DNA from: a virus
Taxonomy: Duplodnaviria > Heunggongvirae > Uroviricota > Caudoviricetes
Virus record (IMG/VR): IMGVR_UViG_3300008453_000586
Length of the DNA stretch: 44,225 nt
Reading direction: 5' to 3' (one strand)
The position numbers and the translations under genes were made by a program. Of the stretch, positions 27,401-36,348 are shown in pieces. A model generated the notes under the pieces. That model worked only from the letters and a program-made list of their open reading frames with translations. It was not told where the DNA came from and did no database searches. How positions within the stretch are numbered: position 1 is the stretch's first letter; each line of letters opens with the position of its first letter.

Positions 27401-29051
27401 TAATTTACCAGATGGTGATTATATTATAACCGTTCAGGACACAAACGGAACACTTATTACGCAAACATTTACAATTTCAGGACCAACACCGTTGTATGCT
27501 GATGCGTATGTTATTAGAGATAGTTCTGGTGCTACATGTAATGGTGAAATAAGTTTATCGACTATAGGTGGTGGTAGTGGTACATATTATTACGTTGTTC
27601 ACCATAGTAACGGTTCAATAGTACCAATAAACGGTTCAACATTACCACAACTAGTCGCTACCACACCAACAACTATTGGTGGATTGTGTGTAGATATTAC
27701 GTCTGGTACTACTGGTGTTGGTTATTATATAGTAGTAACCGATTCAAATGGTGAGACTGTAACAATACCAAACTTAGCAGTTGCTGGGGTAACACCAATT
27801 ACTTTGAGTGTATCAACAGTAAATCCATTATGTTTTGGTGATGATTCTGGAACGGCAACTTACACCGTAATTGGTGGTAATCAACCAATATACGTCACAA
27901 CAACTACTAGTGTAGATGATTCATCTATTGTTGGTTTTAATATTAGTGGTCTTACGGTTGGTACTTATACAGCAACAGCTTCAGACACCGCTGGTCAAAG
28001 TGCTACATCAACATATACTTTAGTATCACAGAATCCTGAAATGGATATTGAGTTGGCTAATGCTGATATATTGAGAAAACAATGTGACCCATTAGTTCAC
28101 ACAATAACTTTCTCATTGACAACATCTAGTGCAGCTGCTTATTTACCAGCATTTGGTGGGGTCGTTTATATTCAAACAAGCAAAGATGGTGAAGAAGATG
28201 AAGATGGTAACCCTACATTTAACTTATCACAAACACCATTAATTGCAACTAATATTGGTGGCGGTAACTATACTATAGACTACCCAGCTTTACCACCAAG
28301 TGCTAGTTTTAATGCTGAACTTAGAATTAGACTTTGTAACCCAGCTGGTACGTGCTGGAGTGATTTTGACGTGGTTACAAAAAATCAAGTTATGGTACCA
28401 TTGATGCCTTTGGAAATTAGCGCAACAGATTATATAACTAACGTTGCAATAAACAACTCAGCGCAATGTATTATTGGAAAAGTTAAATTCAAATTTGCTA
28501 TCAACCAATTAGCGTTCGGTATGACATTTAGAGCACCATATCTTGTTGAATATAGATTAACAGCGTTAGTCGGTGGTATTCCAACGGCTTTCCCAACTCC
28601 AAGTATTGGTAACCCTAACCCAGTGTTCATAGCTACGGTATCAAACTATTTACAAGAAATTTTATGTCCGTTTCAATTACCACCTAACACTAGTAATGTG
28701 GTAGTAACTATAGTTAAAGTTATTGATAATGTTGGTTGTGAATCAAACTCGATTACATTACCTTCTATTCAATTACCAACACAAGCTATGACAGCTCAAT
28801 GGCTTAAACAAACTAACTCTAGTATACCTGCTGGATTTAGTAGATATTGGGTGTATATAACAGGTGGTTTACCACCTTACACTGGTTTCTCTGGACCAGT
28901 ACCTTATCAAGGTCCAGCTCCAGTTGGTGGGGTTGGCTCAATAAACCAAACAACTTTTCCAGGTTATCTAGCACCAACATCTGGTGGTGCAGTGTCTTCA
29001 GTATTAACAGATAGTTCTGGTTGCCAATTTACAACAACATCACCAATTTAA
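24477..29051 (+). CDS. Large virion protein (1524 aa): prealbumin-like beta-sandwich, long hydrophobic helix, Cys-rich core, SprB-like repeats
   Basis: VVVGRV...VPNARVSIF...TTTNYAGDFMFFGLPVG..VHVD resembles a carboxypeptidase-regulatory-like fold; hydrophobic helix 25854-26063; repeats such as LCFGDDSGTATYTVIGG...GLTVGTYTATASD and ITGGLPPYT...LTDSSGC. Follows gp6. Confidence 0.7.
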   Translation: MSNKTIRVRTTPDGSDKYLKVKLDQEFDFIEVLSLKISQEEAYRNFCSDYGVVVGRVIINSGYGVPNARVSIFVPIDDVDINDPEIKGLYPYEIVTDKDSEGIRYNLLPRNSETDNECFTPVGTFPTKREILDNSTLLNVYCKYYKFTTTTNYAGDFMFFGLPVGNHAVHVDVDISDMGIASQRPYDSISQGSPVAMFDSSTKFKGGTNLDNLVQIKSANSAVNVQPFWGDVNSCELGISRLDIDLNYNIRPCAIFTGSIFGDNEKNSVNKNCRPRRDMGELCKQSTGEGTIEMIRKNIDGDIEKLDIEGGKLIDDKGTWAYQIPMNLDYLVTNEFGDLVPSEDPNKGIPTRTSVRFKISLDETGGLGRLRTRAKYLVPHNPNSVNEIDYEFSTETKDSSFRDMYWNKIYTVSNFITRFQRANSVLVKPVKNRNMVAIKDIDSCVGDKNPFPYSKVNTQFNPLFFIICLIMKILEFVIFIINKVVVTILNLIMIVVNAIIQIICSIIRLIRRIWKWIFGRRRPRLPSFCNKKYWVPCIFATCPFDDESSALFIPGCSDSNGRREALVQAGAAGTPTKIYDDLFELSNCVAFELARAMNLFQFDFYNDWINGTLYAYLLKYKRRKRREKYCSNDCSGSNCITKITLDTCYNGGGDSQNELKSIAFREGVIKKYKGEFYYAPTTKDGAFKLYATEITNLGAVFNCDWQGVPKIQPLLVPTTFKMPPILDEYDETARFIETTGQVDIGGNEGLFFDISCAGLTCSYRQCLNFRHICEFGVDLDEIDIDPNGNDIYPDYVIGSQEIESNSRFVRDVLFGLNISTNNMFTNYPYSTDFNLPNCSDYNFGGNEICNPSQPTTQANGSDYLKFRGSGYTNSSFSQPEHSYYFYFGIVPGATGLDLMNSKFFTRCYPEVTKEFLIKIVSTTATTTDTSTDGAFSFSIINGLSTGYTYTISGPNATFITGTVIETPTGNLTTIGNLPDGDYIITVQDTNGTLITQTFTISGPTPLYADAYVIRDSSGATCNGEISLSTIGGGSGTYYYVVHHSNGSIVPINGSTLPQLVATTPTTIGGLCVDITSGTTGVGYYIVVTDSNGETVTIPNLAVAGVTPITLSVSTVNPLCFGDDSGTATYTVIGGNQPIYVTTTTSVDDSSIVGFNISGLTVGTYTATASDTAGQSATSTYTLVSQNPEMDIELANADILRKQCDPLVHTITFSLTTSSAAAYLPAFGGVVYIQTSKDGEEDEDGNPTFNLSQTPLIATNIGGGNYTIDYPALPPSASFNAELRIRLCNPAGTCWSDFDVVTKNQVMVPLMPLEISATDYITNVAINNSAQCIIGKVKFKFAINQLAFGMTFRAPYLVEYRLTALVGGIPTAFPTPSIGNPNPVFIATVSNYLQEILCPFQLPPNTSNVVVTIVKVIDNVGCESNSITLPSIQLPTQAMTAQWLKQTNSSIPAGFSRYWVYITGGLPPYTGFSGPVPYQGPAPVGGVGSINQTTFPGYLAPTSGGAVSSVLTDSSGCQFTTTSPI

Positions 29052-29062
29052 TCTAATTAAAA

Positions 29063-30856
29063 ATGAGTACAGAAAGAACACAACATAGACTAAGCAGTCA
29101 AACATCAGCAAATAACGTTAATACAGATACGTATTTAAAAATCAACATGGTTGGTAATGAGAGATTATTACCAACCAATCAGATTAATGAAATTGTTGAT
29201 GTAGCAAAACGTTTTGATACAGAAAGAGAACGTTGTACGTTTTATAGAATAATTGGTACTATAAACCCTTTGGTTAGTAATACGTTGTTTAATTTAAACG
29301 ACCCTAACAATAACAACTTATATACCTATGCTGGGTTTAATGAAAATTTATTCTTAGACCGTTCATACCCAAGAGACCAAAGCGTTAATGACGATGAAGA
29401 TTTAACTTACAATTTAGCTATTAACACTTTTTTAAAAGAAAAAGATGGTTGGTTTGGTTATTATGACCCAAACATAGCATCAGCAGCGTTGTGTAATTAT
29501 TTTGATATGGAACCTAAAAGAGAAAGATTTTCTTTTTTACCAGACTATCACCCATTTGTGGCCAATCCTAGCGCTACACTCCCAAACTTTGTTAAAAATT
29601 GGGAGTTGACGATAACATATCCAGTTAGTGCAGATACAAAACATAAAATGGTTTATGACACAACCAACGGTAATGGTTTGTTAATTGTTGACGATACTTT
29701 GGCGGTTCAGTCAACTAGAAATATGACAGCATTAGGTATGGCTTGTAAACACAATTTAGAAATTGGTGATACAGTTAGAATTTTTGGTACGAATGGTTAT
29801 AACGGTGACCATGTGGTTATTAGAACAGGTTTGGATGATGGAAAATTAAAAGATTATTATTTTGTAATTGACCTACCAAATACTGGTTCAATATCTAACA
29901 CTTCTAGAATGAGAAAAATTGTTAACGATGTTGAATCTGAATACTATTTTAGATTATTCACGAAAATAAAAACAAAAAATTCACCAGTGATTGAAACTGA
30001 CGACTATGAAACATATCAAGCTGGTTTTAGTGAGAATTTTTTCAATGACCAAATAATTCAATTTGTTTTTAATGAAGATATTGATGTATCAGACTTGACC
30101 GATAACCTAAATAGACCACTGAGTGAGTTATATCTTACAATGATAAAAACAGATAGTAATTTCTTATTTACACAAGTTAAGTCTGGTATTGAACCACCAT
30201 TTATTTTTAATTTAACTCAAACCAATACACAAACTTATTTGAGAGATGTACCAGTAATTAATAGAATTCATAACGCACCACTATTACCATATGTTTCAAA
30301 CACACCTTTGGAAAACAACGTACAAATCGGTAATCAATTCTTTTATGGTGATTTGGTTGAATTTAATAAAACAACTTTGATTGAAACGGTGTTGGCAGAT
30401 GTGCATCACAGGTTTAACACTATAAATAGACAAACAGCGCCTACGATGAATATGGTAATAGCTAGTGGTCTAACATCAACAGTAACTTTAGGTCCAAGAC
30501 AAGAAGGTTATTACTATAAAGCTCATCATTTGATAAAAATTAGAGAATTTTCTAATTACATTGAAGAAGGTGAAGCTAGTGTAGATGAATTACCGATTTA
30601 TTCAATTAAAACTTCAGTAGATAGTTATATATGGAGAGATTTATTACCAATTGGGTTTAATGAATCAGAGGAAAAACCTTTGGATTATCCATTTTTAAAT
30701 AATTCTCATTATATGTATCAAAATTATTGTTTTGATATAAAAAGACAAGACCCATATGGTCTTTGGGGTTTATTTTATGATAAATACCCTTCAGACGCAT
30801 CTGGAGATAGAATAACAGACAAATTTATAGTAAACTCAGCAGACGATGTATGTTAA
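29063..30856 (+). CDS. Putative virion/baseplate protein (597 aa)
   Basis: Inside the structural operon; contains the small beta-barrel-like motif LEIGDTVRIFGTNGYNGDHVV typical of phage tail proteins; family not recognised. Confidence 0.6.
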   Translation: MSTERTQHRLSSQTSANNVNTDTYLKINMVGNERLLPTNQINEIVDVAKRFDTERERCTFYRIIGTINPLVSNTLFNLNDPNNNNLYTYAGFNENLFLDRSYPRDQSVNDDEDLTYNLAINTFLKEKDGWFGYYDPNIASAALCNYFDMEPKRERFSFLPDYHPFVANPSATLPNFVKNWELTITYPVSADTKHKMVYDTTNGNGLLIVDDTLAVQSTRNMTALGMACKHNLEIGDTVRIFGTNGYNGDHVVIRTGLDDGKLKDYYFVIDLPNTGSISNTSRMRKIVNDVESEYYFRLFTKIKTKNSPVIETDDYETYQAGFSENFFNDQIIQFVFNEDIDVSDLTDNLNRPLSELYLTMIKTDSNFLFTQVKSGIEPPFIFNLTQTNTQTYLRDVPVINRIHNAPLLPYVSNTPLENNVQIGNQFFYGDLVEFNKTTLIETVLADVHHRFNTINRQTAPTMNMVIASGLTSTVTLGPRQEGYYYKAHHLIKIREFSNYIEEGEASVDELPIYSIKTSVDSYIWRDLLPIGFNESEEKPLDYPFLNNSHYMYQNYCFDIKRQDPYGLWGLFYDKYPSDASGDRITDKFIVNSADDVC

Positions 30857-31697
30857 TAATTATAAGATAAACCTTTCAACAATGCCTAGCGGTACAACCG
30901 CTACCACTATCAACATACCTATCAGTATGGAATATCAATTAGTAGATACTGCCGAGCTAATACAACGTGTTTTTGTTGAAACTGAAACGGAAAATGCTAT
31001 AAACCCAATTTTAAATTATGATAGACTTAGATTTATGCCGATAAACCCAGCAGACAACCCAGTCACATCATTAACATATGACATTAAATTATTTAATAAT
31101 CTAGGTGTTTATGGTAACTTTTATAGCGATATTGGTTTTGATTATGATGATGTTAAATTTAGTAAAAATTCGTTTACTCAAAGTTTTTTAAGATTATCAT
31201 TTTATGATTCAGACGACCCAATGGTTCAAAACTTGGTTGCGTTCACAACTTTATTTTGTAAATTGGCACCAACAGATTTATTATCTGGTAGTACTGGTGT
31301 TATCTCTACTGGTATGCCAAAACCTATAAATCAAATACCAATAAAATTCACAGTTGAAAACCCTTTGATTAACAAAAGAGGTTTTGGTGAGGGTTTTCAT
31401 TTATATTATTACAAAGATAGTTTAAATATTGGTGAAACAAAGTATTTATTTATGAAAGCATCATTCAACAATGCTAAAACAGGTAAAAAAACTAATTTAA
31501 TGGTTAAAAACACACCACAAAATATTGAAAATTTGGTGCATGAATTATATACGAGATATAAGATAACTAGAACATTAACTGGGTATTATTATGAAGTTGA
31601 TGACCAGTACCAAGGTAATGGTACTAGCGGTGTTAATAACGTAACTTATTTTGGTAACGGACCAACTATTAATTTATATGAAGTAAAAGCGATATAA
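30846..31697 (+). CDS. Putative virion protein (283 aa)
   Basis: Overlap-coupled to both neighbours; beta-rich composition; no family recognised. Confidence 0.6.
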   Translation: MYVNNYKINLSTMPSGTTATTINIPISMEYQLVDTAELIQRVFVETETENAINPILNYDRLRFMPINPADNPVTSLTYDIKLFNNLGVYGNFYSDIGFDYDDVKFSKNSFTQSFLRLSFYDSDDPMVQNLVAFTTLFCKLAPTDLLSGSTGVISTGMPKPINQIPIKFTVENPLINKRGFGEGFHLYYYKDSLNIGETKYLFMKASFNNAKTGKKTNLMVKNTPQNIENLVHELYTRYKITRTLTGYYYEVDDQYQGNGTSGVNNVTYFGNGPTINLYEVKAI

Positions 31698-32587
31698 TGG
31701 AGATAATAAAAAGAAAAATACTTTTAGAACAAAGCATAGATAGAAACGCTAGCAGCCCTACATGGGGTGTTATGACAGCAACTACATTTTATCTTAATAT
31801 CATGATTACTCAAAATATTGATGATATGGGTTTATTTACAGATATATCATATACCCAAAAAACAAACCCAATTACACCACCAAATTATAGTTTGTTGATT
31901 AGTAAATTACAAAGTCTAGGATTTACATTTCCTTTTATGACACCAAATACGTATATTAACGTATCACCATTATTTGCAACGCCTACTGAAACAGCTACGC
32001 TAAGATATCCACCTCATAGTGCTTCTACATATTACAATTTTGGAAATAGACCAATAACTGGTGCTACTGATAGTAAATTATTAGATGTTAGAGCTTATTC
32101 TTCAGTAACGTATACGGATGTTTATAGACCTGGATTTAATGTATCGACTGAAACTTATGTCAATTATGCTGGTATTAGTGTCAGTGGTGTTAACCAAGTG
32201 CATTCTATAGGTGAACCAACAAAATATGTTTTTGATGCGATAACTGGTTCTACGTTGGCCCAAAATAACCAACCATACGGTTTACAATATGCAGATTATA
32301 CTGGTACTACTAGAGCGCAAGTAGTTAATGGTGATACAAACCCTTTACCATTGACAACTTTTAGGTATATTGGTGAAGGATGGAATCAAACCAACGTATC
32401 TTTATCAGCTTTGACCAAAGAAGAGTTTCTATTTGGAATTATTTCTAGACCAGAATTACAAAACGATGTATTTATTGATAGAGGTTCAACTAGTGTTATG
32501 GATTCACATTTAAAGCTTTCTGAAATAAAAAATTTAGGACAATTAACCGATTACGGAAATGGGTTTTACAAAATAAATAAACAATGA
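31697..32587 (+). CDS. Putative virion protein (296 aa)
   Basis: TAATG coupling; Thr/Ser/Tyr-rich; no family recognised. Confidence 0.6.
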   Translation: MEIIKRKILLEQSIDRNASSPTWGVMTATTFYLNIMITQNIDDMGLFTDISYTQKTNPITPPNYSLLISKLQSLGFTFPFMTPNTYINVSPLFATPTETATLRYPPHSASTYYNFGNRPITGATDSKLLDVRAYSSVTYTDVYRPGFNVSTETYVNYAGISVSGVNQVHSIGEPTKYVFDAITGSTLAQNNQPYGLQYADYTGTTRAQVVNGDTNPLPLTTFRYIGEGWNQTNVSLSALTKEEFLFGIISRPELQNDVFIDRGSTSVMDSHLKLSEIKNLGQLTDYGNGFYKINKQ

Positions 32588-32715
32588 TGGAAAAATATAG
32601 CAATTATTATATATTGGTTAAACACGGAGGATTCTGCGTTGAACAATTACACGAAATGTCAGAGTATGAAATTAACGAAATGGCAAAAGTATTAAAAAAA
32701 ATATTAAACAATTAA
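32584..32715 (+). CDS. Unannotated 43-aa ORF, possible T4 gp51-like baseplate assembly chaperone
   Basis: MMEKYSNYYILVKHGGFCVEQLHEMSEYEINEMAKVLKKILNN; ATGA overlap with the previous stop; ends 3 nt before the next ATG; L-x2-H-x2-F-x4-L-x2-M-x3-E spacing matches the gp51-like pattern as I recall it. Confidence 0.6.
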   Translation: MMEKYSNYYILVKHGGFCVEQLHEMSEYEINEMAKVLKKILNN

Positions 32716-32718
32716 AAC

Positions 32719-33648
32719 ATGGCAACAGGAACATATGGTATAGTTAGACCAGCAGATATTTCACCAACAGACGTGGAAATTTTTTATCATTATACAGCTA
32801 GTAGAGATACAATTGGTGATACAACATTAACTAAAATTGATGATTCAACAACTATGTTATTTAAAGTAGATACACCTCAATCATTGAAAGACCAATCAAA
32901 TTTAACTGGATTTCAAATTTTTGGTGGTTTATACACTCTTAAATTACCAACAGCTACGTTTGGTAATAAAGGATATTACACAATAATAATTAAACCAGTT
33001 GAAATTAGAACTACAATAGTTGATGTTGGTGTGCTATCAGCATATCCAGACATAAAAGGATTAGTTTTTGACTTATCACAAATTCCAGTAGCTTATCAAA
33101 GTAAATTCGAAAACGATGGGTTGGTTGGTTATAGAATTGAGTATTTAGATTCGAACAACCCAATTGATTCTAAAGTTAATAACTTTTTTAGAGTTATCAC
33201 TTCTAACAACAGAGCAGAACCAGTTAACCAAAATTTAACAAACAGTAATCAAAAAGCTATCCGTTATAGATTTAACGATAATTCAACATTGACTTTCGCG
33301 ACTGTATCACCAGCATCTGCCAGCAACGTTAAACCAAATGCGTTACCTTTTATAGGGCAACCAAACCAACCAGTTATTATTACAAATACGTTCTTTAACC
33401 CAATCATGATTGAAGTTGAAATGGTTGAACACGATATTGAAACATTGGCATTTGCATTGTTCGGCAACCAAACTAAAAGTCTTGATGATGGTATTTACAC
33501 AATTTACAATTTTGGTAATCAAATCTACAAACAATACGACCTTTATGAAATTAAAGACCAATTTACTGGTAAACCATTGTTTGAAGTTAGAAGCAAAAGA
33601 ACTAGTATTGATTTTACAAAAACATTTAATAATATAACTCAAATTTAA
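32719..33648 (+). CDS. Putative virion protein (309 aa)
   Basis: Co-directional in the structural operon; beta-rich; no family recognised. Confidence 0.6.
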   Translation: MATGTYGIVRPADISPTDVEIFYHYTASRDTIGDTTLTKIDDSTTMLFKVDTPQSLKDQSNLTGFQIFGGLYTLKLPTATFGNKGYYTIIIKPVEIRTTIVDVGVLSAYPDIKGLVFDLSQIPVAYQSKFENDGLVGYRIEYLDSNNPIDSKVNNFFRVITSNNRAEPVNQNLTNSNQKAIRYRFNDNSTLTFATVSPASASNVKPNALPFIGQPNQPVIITNTFFNPIMIEVEMVEHDIETLAFALFGNQTKSLDDGIYTIYNFGNQIYKQYDLYEIKDQFTGKPLFEVRSKRTSIDFTKTFNNITQI

Positions 33649-33656
33649 TTTAAGTA

Positions 33657-36308
33657 ATGAGCGATAAAAAAATTAAAGTATCGGGGTACGCTAAGAAAGA
33701 GCTGTACAATGGTAATATAGAATATAGAAATTTTTCCCCAGATTTAGTTGGTTTACAATTAACTAGTGAAGGTGGAACCCCATTGTTTACAATGGGTAAT
33801 TTTTCTATTACCACTAACTTGGACCCTAAACTTAGTAGAACTTATATTACAAATAGTTTTTCCGACTTTATTACTTTATCGAACATTGGTTTAGATGTTT
33901 CACAAACTGAAACATTATTAAACAATAACACTGGTGTTTATTTAAATTTAGATAAAACAAATTTAAACTATTACGCTAAATTTGGTTCTATGACTGAATA
34001 CGTTAGGGTAGCGTTGGAAAAAATTATCATGTCTTGGCCAGCAGCGTTATACCTAACACCAATTTATTTAAATTCAGATTTTATTCAATCTCAAGGTAAT
34101 ACGTATGAAAATTATTCATATAACCAACTTTTAGATGAAGCTACTTTTAGAATTAATGTTAATTTTATCAAAAATATTTATAACATTAATTATTTAACTA
34201 GCGGTACTTTGGAAAATACTTTCAATGAAACCAATGATTTAAGAAACCTAACAGTTAACTATGCAGCATATTGTATCTATTTAAACAATGTTGAGTATGA
34301 CGTGGTTAATTTCACAGGTTCAACTGACACGGTAAATGATTATATTTATTTTGTAGTAAAAGGTAACCCATTTTCTGGTATACCACAAACAGTTACATAC
34401 CATATAAAACCTAAAAACATTTATGAAGAATTGTTTTACAATGGTTTAGACGAGTTTGAATATTATCTGTTAAATAGAATGACTTATCCAAAATACACTT
34501 CTATATTTTCATTTCCGATGAGAACAGATAGTGGTGTCTTATTATATACATCAAAATCATATACTTGGCCAACAACTGACGGTTATAATTTAGATTTTGA
34601 TACGGACAATTATGTTACCTATGTATCAGGTTTGTTAGATTTGGCAAACACCAACGATTTAACTAGAAGTAACCTTATGTCTAGACTATTAGTTACTGAA
34701 GCAATAACTGGTTTTGATACGTTACCTTATTATTTGGATGAACGTCAACAAGATACATCTGGTGGTAAAGTTACTAAACTTTTAAACGTTTATGGTAGGT
34801 CTTTTGATGATATAAACAAATTTATTGATGGTATTTCTTTTGCAAATACAGTTACTTATAATAAATTAGACAACATGCCAGATAAATATTTAAAAGATTT
34901 GGCTAGAGTTTTGGGTTGGGAACTTATTTCATCAATAAACGATAATGATTTATTATCAAATTATGTTAGAAGTGGCGAATCTGGTTATAGCGGTCAATCA
35001 GCTGGTTTAACACCAGTAGAAGCCGATATTGAAATGTGGCGTAGAATTATATTAAATTCACCATGGCTTTGGAAATCTAAAGGCGCTAGAAAAAGCGTAG
35101 AATTTTTATTAAGGTTCATTGGAACACCTAATGGGTTGGTAACTTTTAATGAATACATATACAAAGCTGATGGACCTATAGATGTTGAATTATTCAAAAC
35201 TGTTTTAGAGTTAAATGGTCTTACAGCAGATATTTCAGAATACCCTATAGATTCAGATGGATATCCTAAATTCTTTTCAGATACTGATACCGCATATTTC
35301 CAAAACTTTGGTTTATGGTATAGAGAAACTGGTGGCGCTAATTCTGTTATTGATATTAAAACTGGTAACAATCCACACGTTGGTCCTTATGATAACGGTA
35401 GTGCTTATTTAGAACAATTAAGAACGCTTATACCTAATTTTTCACCACTTACAATAACCTCTGAAACAGTAACCACAAGTTCTTACGATATATTCACAAA
35501 TTATAATAATGGCGAAATAACTAATTATGATGGTGAGATATATGTGGATGTTGTTAATACTGACGGAAGTGATTTAGATGGTTGTGTTACAGCAACAACA
35601 ACAATAGAAACTGACCCAAAACCAGAAACAATTATTTCACCTTGTGGTTGTCCGTCAACTGATGAGGATGATATGTTAAGTATTTGTTTAGAAAAAACTA
35701 AAGGTGGTCCGATACAGTTAGATTGCCCAAATTTTATAAAAGAACCATCAACTAATGAAAGTGGATATTATGTTTTTTCATTATTTCAATATAACCAAGA
35801 TGGTTCAATTTATAGCAATCAATTAGGACCAATAGCAAACAACACACCGTTCATAAATACAGATTGTTGTGAAATATTAAACGGTACACCTATGTATACC
35901 GAAATTCCTACTTTTAACAATTTAGATGTTATAACATCCGTTCAAGCTGGTTATATATGTTGCACACCTAATAGAGATAGATGTGGTTGCATGGCATCAT
36001 GTAATTGGATAATAAAAAATAACCCAAAAGAACACCCTATTGGTAGTGGAGAATTTTATTTAGACTTCACTACTCTTTATGGTCTAGGTGCATCAACTTT
36101 AGTTACTGCTGACGGTACTAACTGTCCAACACAATGGACTACACCTATTCAAATTACTGACCCCTATACTGGGTTAAATGGGTTTGGTTGTAAAGTTAAC
36201 TTTCCATTACCATCAGGTTACGATTTTTCTAACTTGGTTAATATGTTCCGAGACAAAGCATATACCGCTGAAGGTCTTGGAAGATGTTGTGATTGGCAAT
36301 TTAGATAA
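33657..36308 (+). CDS. Baseplate wedge protein with P2 gpI / T4 gp7-like core and Cys-rich C-terminal extension
   Basis: MPDKYLKDLARVLGWEL...WRRIILNSPWLWKSKGARKSVEFLLRFIG is the gpI-like signature; 16 Cys in the last ~240 aa versus 1 in the first ~640. Confidence 0.8.
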   Translation: MSDKKIKVSGYAKKELYNGNIEYRNFSPDLVGLQLTSEGGTPLFTMGNFSITTNLDPKLSRTYITNSFSDFITLSNIGLDVSQTETLLNNNTGVYLNLDKTNLNYYAKFGSMTEYVRVALEKIIMSWPAALYLTPIYLNSDFIQSQGNTYENYSYNQLLDEATFRINVNFIKNIYNINYLTSGTLENTFNETNDLRNLTVNYAAYCIYLNNVEYDVVNFTGSTDTVNDYIYFVVKGNPFSGIPQTVTYHIKPKNIYEELFYNGLDEFEYYLLNRMTYPKYTSIFSFPMRTDSGVLLYTSKSYTWPTTDGYNLDFDTDNYVTYVSGLLDLANTNDLTRSNLMSRLLVTEAITGFDTLPYYLDERQQDTSGGKVTKLLNVYGRSFDDINKFIDGISFANTVTYNKLDNMPDKYLKDLARVLGWELISSINDNDLLSNYVRSGESGYSGQSAGLTPVEADIEMWRRIILNSPWLWKSKGARKSVEFLLRFIGTPNGLVTFNEYIYKADGPIDVELFKTVLELNGLTADISEYPIDSDGYPKFFSDTDTAYFQNFGLWYRETGGANSVIDIKTGNNPHVGPYDNGSAYLEQLRTLIPNFSPLTITSETVTTSSYDIFTNYNNGEITNYDGEIYVDVVNTDGSDLDGCVTATTTIETDPKPETIISPCGCPSTDEDDMLSICLEKTKGGPIQLDCPNFIKEPSTNESGYYVFSLFQYNQDGSIYSNQLGPIANNTPFINTDCCEILNGTPMYTEIPTFNNLDVITSVQAGYICCTPNRDRCGCMASCNWIIKNNPKEHPIGSGEFYLDFTTLYGLGASTLVTADGTNCPTQWTTPIQITDPYTGLNGFGCKVNFPLPSGYDFSNLVNMFRDKAYTAEGLGRCCDWQFR

Positions 36309-36329
36309 TAAACCAAAATTAAAAAAACA

Positions 36330-36337
36330 TATTTATA
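36330..36337 (+). promoter_or_regulatory. Putative late-promoter motif TATTTATA
   Basis: Intergenic, 11 nt before the ATG at 36349. Confidence 0.5.
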
Positions 36338-36348
36338 ATTAAAAAGAA

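Noticed and set aside
4710-30856. Three identical-length 11-nt gene overlaps (4710-4720, 24477-24487, 30846-30856)
   Set aside because: Short overlaps like this are common in translationally coupled phage operons and the three share no sequence motif beyond ATG and TAA.
32555-32587. Programmed -1 frameshift at GGGTTTT fusing the 296-aa gene to the 43-aa ORF (G/GT chaperone style)
   Set aside because: The heptamer is out of phase, and the -1 frame has a TAA at 32578-32580 before the small ORF starts.
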